A stretch of 64,000 nt of DNA from Mytilus trossulus. Taxonomy: Eukaryota. Below the pieces are notes generated by a model. It had not been told where the DNA came from, made no database searches, and saw only the letters and a list, made by a program, of their open reading frames with translations. The DNA is taken from the NCBI RefSeq assembly GCF_036588685.1, contig NC_086375.1, forward strand, positions 75,950,001-76,014,000, in the 5' to 3' direction. Position 1 is the first letter of the stretch; each line of letters begins with the position of its first letter. Shown piece after piece: positions 25,447-37,862 of this stretch. The translations under genes and the position numbers were made by a program.

Positions 25447-27624
25447 TTATTTTCTCCTGACTTTTCTTTTTTTCCTATTGTTTAATAAAGGTTTATTGAA
25501 TGTATCTAATAATTTTTGTTTGAATGAAAGCTTTCGATTAGTTAGGATAAATCCCATTCCGAAACGATTCAGAGCTTTAGATTTTTTATATTGAAATTTG
25601 TCAAAATCGGGACTGTCAAAGCTTACAACGAGAATTTTTTCAATTTTTTCATCGATAAAAAAATGCCACGCCAATTTGTACTCTAATCGATTGGTGATGA
25701 AAGTAGAACTTCTAACATCAGAATTGTACATATCATTCGACTGAACAATAAGTGCATATTTACATTTTCTGATATTTGATATGACATTTTCTTCGGTATG
25801 AGAACCAATTAAGTCATCCCGACAAGGACAGTATGTTTTTAATTTATGTTTTCTTAACATAGGTTCTAATGTCTGAAGAATGAACACTCTTACGTTATCA
25901 TTGTCGTCATCAAACGAAAGGTATACGTCGAATTCCCAGAAATTCGGATTCTGTCTTTTTTGTTTTGTAATTTTTCTTTTTAGAAGTAATATGTGATATA
26001 CAAAAAATCGAAAGAGAAAGAAAACAATGATTCCGATAATCACAACAGGAAGAAAAAGTGGCAGCACAATTTTCGAAAAATTATCGAATTCCTCATCTTT
26101 GCATCCTTTCATCTGATCAACCATGTCTTCTATCAATGCATTGTTGTAATTTGAACACACCAAAGGATACATCTTTTTAGCCTTTTTGAATTTTCTCCAC
26201 TCTCCAATCCATATGTTTCCACAGTCGCATATAATACCATTGGTTCCAAAACGAAACATATCTGGATGTAATTTCTGAATTGATTTTGGTAAGGTTTGTA
26301 AGTCATGATCATAAAGTGTGACAATAACTTCAGGATTATTACTCAAACTAGCTATATCAGAATTGATAATTTTCACAGGATTCTCAGTAAGGTCTAAAAG
26401 TGTGATTCTGTGAAAATAATCTTTCGCATTTAAAAATTGAACGCTGTTTTTGTTCATTTTCAAAATTATGCCGTATCTAGTAACTGGTACCTTCTGTGGC
26501 AAATCAGTACAAGACTGATTCGAGCAGTCTACTACTAATCGTTTTTGACTTGGTTGAGAAATACAAGTGCATTCACAAACGGATTCAATACTGTGACAGA
26601 AGTCCTTTATATCACATGTCATCTGATCGATAAGGTTCTTATTTGAATACACCACGTCAATGCTTATATTAAATAAACTTATGGGAGTCTGGCAATAATA
26701 TTCAGATAGTGATTTATTATAAAGTCTAATAATGTCAGAAAACGAAAGTGCAAAAAACTCTACAAATTCACAGTCACATATGGCCCCGGATCCTCTATAC
26801 ATATATGTACCACATGGTACATGCTTTAACATCTGGTTCGTTTCAATGTCACCCCTTGCACCTATTAGAACGTTCGGGGAAGGATTCATTCCGGAAAAGT
26901 CAACATCATTACATATTGTTCCTGTTTCAAGTTTATAGTTTAAGTTATTAGTAACTTCTACATCTTGCACTTTATTGTTTCTATATATAACCTTGCACAT
27001 TGTTTTGTTAGGAGCTACAATATTAGATGTATCAATTTCAAGAAACTCATTGGATTCAAAATTATAACTGAGCACACCATTACTAGTCAAGATATTTAAA
27101 TCCATTGTTTGAATGCGGTTGAATGATAAATCCAACACTCTCAGTTTGTCCATCCCGACAAAGCTATAATTAGATAAATGCGTTATGATATTTTTTGCCA
27201 TAATCAAAGTGTCAAGATTTAATAAACAATTCAAATTAACAATCTCCCTAAATTTGTTACTTGTGACATTTATCTTGACTATGTTGAAGTCACAGCAATT
27301 CTCCGGAAATTTTTCCAGTTTCCCAGCTACAAACTCAAAACTAAAATATGTAGAATTGTTGTCACTTAAAAGTTTTGTTCTGTGGAATTGCACATCAAAT
27401 ATTTCTAAATCAAGTTGGTGGTATGACCCATTTGTGAAGGATAATTCCCAAATAGGCTTTGCTGTACACGCACAACACTGATTCGTTCTAATTGTTGTCG
27501 GTTCAGAAAAGCAATTTTCCTGACACAAAAGATCTTTAACACCATCAGGACTCCAGTATCTGTAGCTTCCATCGCACAACAGAATCTGATACAGAATAAT
27601 TAAAAATGTTTTTGTTAAATCCAT
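25447..27624 (-). CDS. Toll-like receptor, intronless, short multiple-cysteine-cluster type (725 aa)
   Basis: Signal-peptide-like N-terminus; LRRs (LDTLIMAKNII, LRVLDLSFNRI); internal CDC LRR-CT and CxC..VDCS LRR-NT; second LRR-CT (ICDCGNIW); TM segment IVLPLFLPVVIIGIIVFFLF; TIR domain starting FDVYLSF. Confidence 0.95.
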   Translation of the reverse strand: MDLTKTFLIILYQILLCDGSYRYWSPDGVKDLLCQENCFSEPTTIRTNQCCACTAKPIWELSFTNGSYHQLDLEIFDVQFHRTKLLSDNNSTYFSFEFVAGKLEKFPENCCDFNIVKINVTSNKFREIVNLNCLLNLDTLIMAKNIITHLSNYSFVGMDKLRVLDLSFNRIQTMDLNILTSNGVLSYNFESNEFLEIDTSNIVAPNKTMCKVIYRNNKVQDVEVTNNLNYKLETGTICNDVDFSGMNPSPNVLIGARGDIETNQMLKHVPCGTYMYRGSGAICDCEFVEFFALSFSDIIRLYNKSLSEYYCQTPISLFNISIDVVYSNKNLIDQMTCDIKDFCHSIESVCECTCISQPSQKRLVVDCSNQSCTDLPQKVPVTRYGIILKMNKNSVQFLNAKDYFHRITLLDLTENPVKIINSDIASLSNNPEVIVTLYDHDLQTLPKSIQKLHPDMFRFGTNGIICDCGNIWIGEWRKFKKAKKMYPLVCSNYNNALIEDMVDQMKGCKDEEFDNFSKIVLPLFLPVVIIGIIVFFLFRFFVYHILLLKRKITKQKRQNPNFWEFDVYLSFDDDNDNVRVFILQTLEPMLRKHKLKTYCPCRDDLIGSHTEENVISNIRKCKYALIVQSNDMYNSDVRSSTFITNRLEYKLAWHFFIDEKIEKILVVSFDSPDFDKFQYKKSKALNRFGMGFILTNRKLSFKQKLLDTFNKPLLNNRKKRKVRRK

Positions 27625-28084
27625 TTTTAAATAATAGGAAGTAATTTAACAAAGTCCAGCGATTAAATTCTAGTTGTATACTGTACAACGATTATCACTC
27701 GGTAAATATTTGAAACTATCGGGGTGATACGCTCCATTACTCAATAATAATGGAATACATTATTTCTCTTTTTTTTGTCAATATACCAGATACTAATCAC
27801 AAATCAATATTAAATGTCTTTAAAAATTAAATGGAAAAATCATTAAAAAAAATCTTGGTTGCTACTATGATCCACATACCACATAAGTAGCTAAATATTT
27901 CAATTACACGATTTAAGTTTCTTCAGATTGACGACCTAAATCGGATCCTCTTCAATATTGCAAAACCAAGCAAATAACAGATGCTAATGTAAAAACTATG
28001 CTTACGTCATTAGATTGGGTTTAAGACTATTCAGCAACATATGTTTTTCTATAGGTGAAGGGTATTCAAATACAAACACAAAAT

Positions 28085-28440
28085 ACTTCGTAGATAGTAG
28101 ATGTTGTTGTGTCCTGTTAAATTGTTATACGATGATGACTGATGTTCCCATATTTTGACTATTTTATTGATTGTGACTGTTTATTTAACGCATCATGTAA
28201 ATGTAACGGAATTTGATGAGACTGTTATTAAAGTGAGAGGGTTAGCGCTATAGAACCAGGTTTAATCCACCATTTTCTACCTTTGAAAATGCCTGTACCA
28301 AGTCAGGAATATGACAGTTCTTGTCCATTCGTTTTTGATGCGTTTTGTTTTTTGTTTTTTGTTTTTTGATTTTGCCATGTGATTATGGACTTTCCAAATT
28401 GATTTTCCTCTGAGTTCAGTATTTTTTTGATTTTACTTTA
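28085..28440 (+). repeat. Abundant SINE-like dispersed repeat (GCCTGTACCAAGTCAGGAATATGACAG family)
   Basis: Highly similar to 30625-31062 (+) and 41325-41770 (-); partial copies at 23185-23345 and 41970-42112. Confidence 0.85.
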
Positions 28441-30624
28441 TAATAAATGCAAGCACAACATTTAGAAAAAGAAATTGTTCTTTGAAGATTTCTTTATAAT
28501 AATAATTTGTAGCAATTGCCATCACTTCGATACCGTCGTCGTCGTTTCAAACATCCTCTGAAACAATTTGTAGATTGACCTGAATAATCCTTATGGCATC
28601 AAGTATAGCTGTACTTGCTTAAAAGAGGGACGAATGATACCAAAGGGACAGTCAAACTTATAAATCTAAAAACATAGACCTTAAAAATAGAAAAATCAAA
28701 CATTGTCTTTTATCTTGAAAACAACTTATCAAATACTTGTGAAAAGACCATTGTCGAGAACACTTCTCTTTTTGAAATATGTTAACCAATGACAAAATAC
28801 TTCATAAATTTGAATCACAGTCCTTAATTACAAATGGAGTCAGTCGAAGATTATGCAAGACAATGGATTAAACAAGAGAAAGAAGACCTGGATAATCTTT
28901 CCGACACTCAGACTTGTTCTTTGTGGTTTTGTATTCTTTTGATGGTTTTATGTACTTTGTATCGATCTGATAAGTTAATATTTTTCAACTGATTTTTATA
29001 ATTTGTTCTTATAAAGTACAGTTATACCCCTAGTCATGTAATTAAGCGGTTGTCGTTTGTTGCTGCATATCTTTTTGGTTTGATTATTGCTAGAACACAA
29101 ATTAAACGTTTTTGTTATTCCTCAGAATTGTTTTACGTTTGTTATTTTGTATTGGTAATTGTTGCAGGCTTAACGGTGACATGAAATTGTAAACTTTCAT
29201 TTTATTTGGTCTCTGTTAAAAAATTGTCACATTGGAAATCACACATTATATTCCTATGCCTTCGTTAATTCGACATTTAACGACAATCCTAAAAAAAAAA
29301 CCAGAGTGACAGTCACTGACAATATTGAAAAAAAAATCACTATTGTAGATGGTAAAAATCGTCATTAAGGTCAATTACTCCAATTAAGAGTCGTCAAACT
29401 ATGTCATCCACAGTGTGTTGCTGATCATTTTTCCTGATTTATGTTTCTATCAATCTTTTTCAATTTTAAAGATATGAGGCACAAACACAATAATATGGTA
29501 AAACAACGTCATCAAAGGGCAATTACTCTCATGAGGAGTCGACTGACGATAAAGACCATTCGAATAAAATTTTCAACATATTTATTACAGTTTTAAAATT
29601 AATAGACAACCTTGCATTTTACCCCTCTTGTTCGATTTTAAGCCATGTTGGTCATTTTGGTTGGAAGGCGAGGTTAAGATTTTATAATCTAGATACCTTA
29701 ATAATGATTGTAGTCAAGTGTTGTTAGATTTGGCTCTGTAGTTTCAGAGCCATCTTGGCTTTTTTAAATGCATGCTCTTGTCAACGTTTTGTTCATTTTA
29801 TTATTTAGTTTTAACCATTCTCATGTTTAAGTTCATACATGTATTAAGAATGCACTATGCCTTGTCACATTTTTAATGATCATCTTCTTTTTTTATAAAG
29901 AGTTTCTCTTTATTTGCACATGACCATAATCTTAAACTATACACTTTTGATGTATAATCTAATAGATAGCAAAATATATACAACGATTTTTAATAGACAA
30001 CCATCTATTCATTTATTTAAGAAAGTTATGTTGAATAAACACAGCCAATAGTTAAATGCATTGCAGAATATTATGATATTACAAAGGCTGATTGGATAGA
30101 TACTACATATTTTTGATTCATTCAAAATGGATATCTGTTGTATATCTTCTGTTGCAGCAGTTTTTTGACTACTGAGTCTTTTATTTTTAAGATATATGCA
30201 TTTTTCTATTATAAATTTTCCTTTAAATTAATGTTAACGCTTTTATATTGGTTTGTTTCAATGATAAACTGTTTCTATGAATATATATAGAATTATTAAG
30301 TTTCTTATGTCATTTTTATCATAAAAAGATATAATCAAATCTTTATTGTAAGTGCGAGCTCTTTCTGTCTTTTAAAATATCCCATACGTTCAAGTACTGA
30401 ATGTATGTTCTATTTTCGCAAGCCTCCACACACACAACTGTACTTCTTTGTACCTTTCACTTCTATTTGAAGAGAGGTTCATTCGTACCTGAAATTCGAT
30501 ATATTATTCTGTGTCGAAACCACTATTTTTCGAATTGTTATCTGTACTGAGAAATTGGTTATCACATTCTTTTGTTTAATGTTTGACTTTTTGCTATTTG
30601 AATAAATAGAATAAATGCGAAATT

Positions 30625-31062
30625 TTAAAATTGTTTATATAACCATTGAACGACAAAAATTTGTGACGTATAAAATTTTCTGACGTCAGCCACGGGAATC
30701 AATGAATTTGTTTGTAGATAGATGTTTTTTGTGTTCTGTTTATTGATCTTTTTGAAATTGTTACACGATGATGACTGCTGTACCCATATTTTGACTATAT
30801 TGTCTATTATGTCTGTTTAGTTCACGCATCATTGTATATATAATGGAATTTGATGAGACTGTTAACAAAGTGAGAGTTTTAACGCTAAAAACCTAGGTTG
30901 TATCCACCATTTTCTACATTTGAAAATGCCTGCACCAAGTCAGGAATATGACAGTTCTTGTCCATTCATTTTTTATGTGTTTTGTCATTTGATTATGCCA
31001 TGTGATTATGGACTTTCCAATTGATTTTCCTCCGAGTTCAGTATTTTTGAGATTTTACTTTT
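30625..31062 (+). repeat. Same SINE-like repeat family
   Basis: Aligns by eye with 28085-28440 and with the reverse complement of 41325-41770. Confidence 0.85.
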
Positions 31063-31292
31063 TCATCAAAGATAACAGGATTGAAATTTTATACTTGCTC
31101 CAGACGCGCGTTTCATCTACAAAAGACCAATCAGTAACGATCAAAACAAAAAATATTAAACACCAAAATAAAAGTACGAAGTTGAAGAGCATTAAGGACC
31201 AAAAATACCTAAAAGTTTTGCCAAATACAGCTAAGGTAATCTATTCCTGAATTAGTAACGTCTTATATAGTATTTAAAAAATTCAAAGTTTT
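31062..31292 (-). repeat. Retrozyme-type repeat fragment with degenerate hammerhead (31097-31140)
   Basis: Minus strand: CGTTA CTGATTG GTCT TTTGT AGAT GAAAC GCGC GTC TGGAGC; collinear with 44708-44970. Confidence 0.7.
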
Positions 31293-31396
31293 TAAATAGA
31301 GTCAACAGTATTTTGAGTAACGTCCCTTGATATGTTAAGACGTATCGTACAATACTCCATACAAAAAGTGATTTAACTAGTTGGAAAAAGCTGAAA

Positions 31397-32686
31397 ATGA
31401 ATGCAGAAGTAGAAGCATTATGCAGAAAAATTACTCAGGATCGCCTTCAAAGGCTTATAGAAGGACTACAGGGTACTGATACATTTACATTACAAAATGA
31501 AGCGACGGTCAGTTCAGATGTAAACAATGACAAAATGGCGACGTACGCCGAGGCAGTTTCAGATATTCACAAAAATCAAAGTAACATTCAATCTGATCAA
31601 TCATATACAGAGAACAATACTCAATATAAAGCACCAAGAGAACAAAGTGACCCGGGCGATTTTGTAAAACCTATTTTCTTGAAAGATCAAGATGTTCACG
31701 GCTCGGTCAAACCTCCTCGCGCCCAATGGCTCACAAATGTCGAAATATACAAGTCAATTGGTGCTAAAGTCCCAGAAGAGTGCATTAAGGGGATACAGAG
31801 AATAAGAGAGATGTGGCGTATATACATGGACAATGAGGGTGACAGACTGTCTTTGTTAGTACAGGGGTTAAACTTACGTGGCAGGCAAGTACCCCTTCTC
31901 TCACAAAACCCTCACAATCCATCTACGTTACAAAGTGACACAATCCGCATAAAGGTGAAGAACATCCCCCTTTCTGCGGACGATGGGCAAATACATCGAG
32001 CCCTATCCCTTCAAGGCTGTAAAATTCAGGGATTGTTTAGGGAGCGTTTGCGCATAGACGGAAAAGTAACCAACTGTGAGACTGGTGATAGACTAGTGAT
32101 TAGCAAGACACTAGATAAACCTATACCTAGAAATTTGCAAATTGGAAAATACATGGGCAGAATTTTCCATTCGGGCCAACCTGAATTCGAAAACAGAAAT
32201 AACAATTCAGAAGAAAGAATTTGTCACAAATGCCTTCAACCGGGACATATGCTGTTCCAGTGCCCTAATGATTGGGCTTGTAAAATTTGCAAAGAGAGTG
32301 GACACAAAATGATTGACTGTCAAAAAAACTTCCAGGACAAAGATGAGAATAATCAGCAATTAGAGCAGAATTGCATTGAGGCTGTTGATGACAATGTACA
32401 GGAGGAGAGTGTAGAACTTACAAATATTCCAACAAAATCTCCTTCTTCAAAAACATCTGAAAACACAAAAGGTGGTAGCAAGAAACATGCAAACAAGTCA
32501 GGACAACAAAAAACCAATCTTGGCAATAGTGGTAGCACAGACAAAACACAACCATCTATGGAGAGGTTTGTCAGAACACCACATAGAAGAACAGTTAATG
32601 CAGGAGACAGAACACCACCAACACCAACTGAAGCTCTACATGAGAAAACTACTGGAGTTCATGGAACTAAAAAGACTAAAGCATAA
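31397..32686 (+). CDS. LINE ORF1 (gag-like nucleic-acid-binding protein with two CCHC zinc knuckles)
   Basis: CHKCLQPGHMLFQC and CKICKESGHKMIDC (CX2CX4HX4C); RRM-like IKVKNIP; intact 429 aa. Confidence 0.9.
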   Translation: MNAEVEALCRKITQDRLQRLIEGLQGTDTFTLQNEATVSSDVNNDKMATYAEAVSDIHKNQSNIQSDQSYTENNTQYKAPREQSDPGDFVKPIFLKDQDVHGSVKPPRAQWLTNVEIYKSIGAKVPEECIKGIQRIREMWRIYMDNEGDRLSLLVQGLNLRGRQVPLLSQNPHNPSTLQSDTIRIKVKNIPLSADDGQIHRALSLQGCKIQGLFRERLRIDGKVTNCETGDRLVISKTLDKPIPRNLQIGKYMGRIFHSGQPEFENRNNNSEERICHKCLQPGHMLFQCPNDWACKICKESGHKMIDCQKNFQDKDENNQQLEQNCIEAVDDNVQEESVELTNIPTKSPSSKTSENTKGGSKKHANKSGQQKTNLGNSGSTDKTQPSMERFVRTPHRRTVNAGDRTPPTPTEALHEKTTGVHGTKKTKA

Positions 32687-33231
32687 TCAAATGTTCAAAT
32701 TAATATCTTAATGACATTTAAAGATTGTATTATAGTTTTATCATATAAATTAAACTACAAAAATATTTAAAATATGTACAACAAATTCAAGCTCAGATTA
32801 AGATTTAACCAATCATACATAAAAAACATTAGTGAATGTTTTATATGTCTCAGCTTACTTTTTTGTTTTGCTGAAATTTTATTTTATATCAAATACATGA
32901 AAAAAAAATTAATAAAAGTATATAAAAGTTTTAAGCTCTTTGAAAGAGTTCAATCATGTTGTAGAAAAGTGTATAACAAATGTAACAAATTGAATGTGAT
33001 GAAATTGAATGTGTTAAAAGTTGTTAAAATACTATATGCCTTCTATGTACGGGTATAACAATCTTTAGACAGATTAACGACTTAGTAGTAAAATCAATAT
33101 GTACAAATTGCTACAAAACTATTGAAAGTTATAGTAATGACTCTCGCATAGAACAATCTTGTATAGAACAAACTTTTAGAAATCAGCTGTTCAATATTAT
33201 CAAAACAAGTAGACTATTTGGGTTTTTACCT

Positions 33232-34092
33232 ATGCTATTTTTAGTAACACAACACGCAGTGTCAATCAACGCTAAGCCATACACGAGATTCGTTAGTCTC
33301 AGTACAACATTTTCTCAACAACACCTGAAATTCAATAAAACATACGATAATAAAATGTTTATAAAAAATAGTTACTTACCTGCAAAATATAGATATGGTC
33401 ACATGAACCACTCATGGTTACATAATCCAAAACAATTGATTGAAAAACCGCACACATATTTATACAATCCAACACTTGATAAACTTCAGATTCATTTTTT
33501 TGAGCTAAAGATGCAAAGCAGTGTAGAAGTGTATAATACACAAATAACTTTAATCCCGGTTGAAATTTTGTCTTATAAAATTGGCAGACTTGTAAATACA
33601 ATTACATCATCATGCACACACGAAGCGGAAGAATCTTTTTGTTTCGAACTTTCACAAAGATATTCCATTACACAACTTAATCGAATACATAATGCGTGGA
33701 TAAATAAAATATCAAATAGATGGTATACACAATCGAAAGCACATAGTTCACACAGGGAATGTATAAAATTTATGTATGTCTTTTTTCCGAACTTAGCCAA
33801 TTATCTTTATTGGTATGTATCAACATGTATTAAAGGGCACACGATAGACCCGTGGTTTAGTAGCGTATCAATAATTATGTGGAGGTCACACCAGGGTATA
33901 CCTACTGGTAAATATTATATGTTTTTATTTTATAGAAAATTGTGTTATAAATATGACTTTATTAAAATGATGTATATTTATGTCAATCTTATAGTAAATA
34001 TGAGCAGTACTATACATGCTATAGTTAATATATCAAAGCTAATAAGATCATTAATTTGTAACTTTAATAATGGCTTTAGCACATACAATTAA
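33232..34092 (+). CDS. Unknown 286-aa ORF between LINE ORF1 and ORF2
   Basis: Frame is open from 33028 to 34092 (354 sense codons) in very AT-rich DNA; overlaps the ORF2 start by 23 nt; no recognised domain. Confidence 0.45.
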   Translation: MLFLVTQHAVSINAKPYTRFVSLSTTFSQQHLKFNKTYDNKMFIKNSYLPAKYRYGHMNHSWLHNPKQLIEKPHTYLYNPTLDKLQIHFFELKMQSSVEVYNTQITLIPVEILSYKIGRLVNTITSSCTHEAEESFCFELSQRYSITQLNRIHNAWINKISNRWYTQSKAHSSHRECIKFMYVFFPNLANYLYWYVSTCIKGHTIDPWFSSVSIIMWRSHQGIPTGKYYMFLFYRKLCYKYDFIKMMYIYVNLIVNMSSTIHAIVNISKLIRSLICNFNNGFSTYN

Positions 34093-37000
34093 TTTATGTA
34101 GTCTCAATGTAAACGGCATCGGTTCTAGAGGAAAAAGGAATAGAGTAGTAGAATGGATAAAAGCACAGAAAAGTCAAATTACATTTTTACAAGAAACACA
34201 TTTTGACGAAAATATTGAAAGAGAAATTAAAAATAAAACAGAATATGAAACTTTTTGCAGTAACGGTACAACAGCTAGTAGGGGTGTAGCTATTTTAATT
34301 AAAAAGTCACTGAGCTTTGAATTTATAAATAAATTTAGTGATAGTGAAGGGAGATTTGTACTTATTAATGTGCAATTAAATAATACTATTTTCACATTTT
34401 CCAGCATATATGCACCGAACTGTAAAACTTCAAGAAATTCTTTTTTTAAAAAAGTAAGCGATAATTTGAAAGAATACAGTCTTGGTATACATATACTAGG
34501 GGGAGATTTTAATGATGCACTTAAACCAATCGATAGAAAGTCTTTATGTCCTGGTAAATTTATTCAACCTGTTAACGGATTAAATAAAGCAATTAATAAA
34601 AACTAACAAATTAACGGATGTTTGGAGAAATTTAAACACAAATAAACAGCAATTTACATGGAGAAGAAAGGATAAATCACAAGCTAGTAGAATAGACATG
34701 ATTTTTATTGGGTCAGAATTTTTACCTCTTATAGAATGGTGTAAAATTAAACCGGCTGTTATACAGTCAACTGATCACCAAAGTGTATTTTTAAATTTTA
34801 AGCCAGGGTTATCAGAAAGGGGAAATGGGTATTGGAAAATAAATAACTCAGTATTACAAAATAAAGATTATCAAGAATGTATAAAATGTTTAATTGATAA
34901 ATATACATTTAAAAAAGACTCAATAGATTGTAGGCTTTTATGGGATGGATTTAAAATCGAGGTAAGGGAAGTAACTACAACTTACTGTAGAAATAAAGCG
35001 AAGTTAACAAGAGAGCGAAGGCGTAGTTTAGAAAAAGATCTGGAACAAAAGATGGAACTTATAGATGAGAGAAATAATGATGAAAATCAAAATTTGGAAA
35101 AAGAAATTAAAGATATAGAAAAAGAATTAAGTAACATTTATGACGAAAAGGCAAGAGGGGCACAAATTAGATCTAGAGAAAAATGGGTTGAGTTTGGGGA
35201 AAAGAACAATTCCTACTTCCTCGGTCTAGAAAAGAAGAGGCAAGTGAAAAAATCAATAAGCAAACTAAAAGGAGAGGATGGGGAATTAATTACTAATCAA
35301 GAAAATTTACTCCATGAAATAAAAAAATTCTATGAAAACTTGTATAATGTAAAATCTGCAAATAAAAATTTAACTGAAAAATATATCAATGACACAAAAC
35401 TAGAAAATCGAGTAGACGAAAAGGATAAACTGATATGCGATGGAAAAGTTACAGTAGAGGAATGCACGCAAGGCATTTATAAAATGAAACTAAATAAATC
35501 ACCAGGGCTTGATGGTCTAACGGTTGAATTTTATAGACAATTTTGGGATAAACTTAAATTTTTAGTTGTGGATGTTCTAAATACAGGCTACGATAAACAA
35601 AGTTTATCATACTCACAACGTACCAGTATATTAACTTTAATATTTAAAAAAGGAGATCCTTTACTTTTGGAAAACTACCGTCCAATTTCACTTCTAAATG
35701 TAGATTTTAAACTTTTGTCATATGTTCTAGCTCAAAGATTAAAAAAGGTACTGCCAAAAATTATAAATGAAGACCAAACTGGTTATGTTAAAAATAGATT
35801 TATTGGTTTTAATTTGAGACAAATTCAAGATGTAATAGACTACGCAGACACATACAATATTAAGGGGGCATTAGTTTTTGTAGATTTTACAAAAGCGTTC
35901 GATTCATTGGAATGGGATTTTATGTTTGGAACATTGAAACATTTTGGTTTTAACGATTCATTTATTAACTGGGTTAAAGCAATGTACACAGATATACAAA
36001 CATGTGTTATGAACAATGGGTGGGTATCAGAAACTTTCAAAAATTCACGTGGAATAAGACAAGGCTGTCCTTTATCGGCTCTTTTATTTGTTTTGGCTGT
36101 TGAAATTATGGCCCAGAGATTAAGAAATAATAAAAATGTAAAAGGAATTAATATAAAATTAGATGGGAAAAGTCATAGTATCAAGATTTCACAATTAGCA
36201 GACGACACAACACTATTTTGCAAGGATAAAAACGATGTGGTAGCTGCAATGAACGAAATAGAAATTTTTGGTTCCTTTTCAGGTTTACTACTAAATAGAA
36301 ATAAAACAGAGGGATTATGGATTGGAAAATTGAAATCTTGTAAAGATAAAATTGTTGGGATTAAGTGGGGAGATAAACCTATTAAAGCTTTAGGGGTGTT
36401 TTTCGGACATGACAAAGAAGAATGCAAAAATTTAAACTGGAATAGTAAAATAGAAAAGATGAATAAATTATTTATGATATGGAAAAAACGAAATCTTTCT
36501 ATTTTAGGAAAAATCCTAATTATAAAGACTTTAATATTGCCTTTGTTTACTTTCTTGGGAAGCGTATGTCTAACCCCAGAAAATTATATAAAAGAAATAG
36601 AAAACAGTAGCTATAAATATATTTGGGATGGAAAACCAGACAAGATTAAAAGAAACATGATGATTGGTCCATATGAGAAGGGGGGTCTTAAAATGGTAGA
36701 CTTTAAAAGTTATTTTGTGGCTTTAAAAGCATCATGGGTAAATAGATTGGTAAATGGTAAACTTGAGACTTGGAAGCTTATACCATTTAAATACTTAAAT
36801 GTCTCAAACAATATTTTGTCAATATTTAATATGAATTTTAGTGATATCAAATCTTTAAGATATCTTAAAGATATTCCTGTGTTTTATAAAGAAGTAATAA
36901 AGTCTTGGAATTTGACTGGCGGGGGGCAAACAAAACAACCAGACACATTTTTTGATATTAGAAAGCAAGTAATATGGGGAAATAAATCTATAAAATTTGA

Positions 37001-37862
37001 TAATAAACCTATTATATTTGAGAACTGGATTAGGAGTGATCTAATTTACATAAATGATATCTTAAATGATAAAATGTCATTATCAGAAATCTACATTCTT
37101 AACAAATTAAAGTTCAAAATAAACTGGATCACCGAATTTCAAAAATTAAAAAAATCTATACCAGCAGAATGGATTCAAATTGTTCAAAAAGAGAATTCTG
37201 TCAAAACTACAATTAATATTCAGAGAAATAAAATCGTATGGAAAAATAATTTTATTGAGACTACATTATTAACAAATAAAATGTTATACAACTCTTTGGT
37301 AAATACAAAACTAGAGTCGTCAATAGGGATAAACAGATGGCTTAAAATCCTACCAATACAAGAAACTCTTAATATGAATTCATTGTACAAATTTATTTTT
37401 GAATATACATGTATGACTGAAAATAAATTAAAAATATTTAGATGGAAATTATTACATTATATTGTTCCAACTAAAAAACTGTTATTGCAGTGGAAAGTAA
37501 CTAAGACAGATAAATGTAATTTTTGTAAGCAAGAAGAAGATTATGCTCACTATTTTTTGAAGTGTAGATATTTGAATAAATTTTGGCAAAAAATCTATGA
37601 ACTCTTTAGAAGAAGTAAAATAGATTTTGATATTAAATTGCAACATCTGGTATTTGGATATAAAATCACAGACAGTAATTATTATTTTCTGAATTATATA
37701 CTAACAGTATTAAGTTTTTCTATATATAAGTCATACTATGTATCCGAGCAGAGAACAAAAACTGTTGATGTCTTTAGCATTTTTGAAAATGAATTTAATA
37801 AAAGATTAGATGCATATAAATCAAGATGTCCAATATTATTGTCAATTAAAAAGAATTTTTAG
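34070..37862 (+). pseudogene. LINE ORF2 (AP endonuclease - reverse transcriptase - C-terminal zinc finger) with one frameshift
   Basis: SLNVNG, FLQETH, YAPN, GGDFN, then DVWR, SRID, TDH (APE); KSPGLDG, YRPISL, DFTKAFD, GIRQGCPLS, LADD (RT); CNFC..HYFLKC; frameshift at TAAATAAA 34581-34588. Confidence 0.93.
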
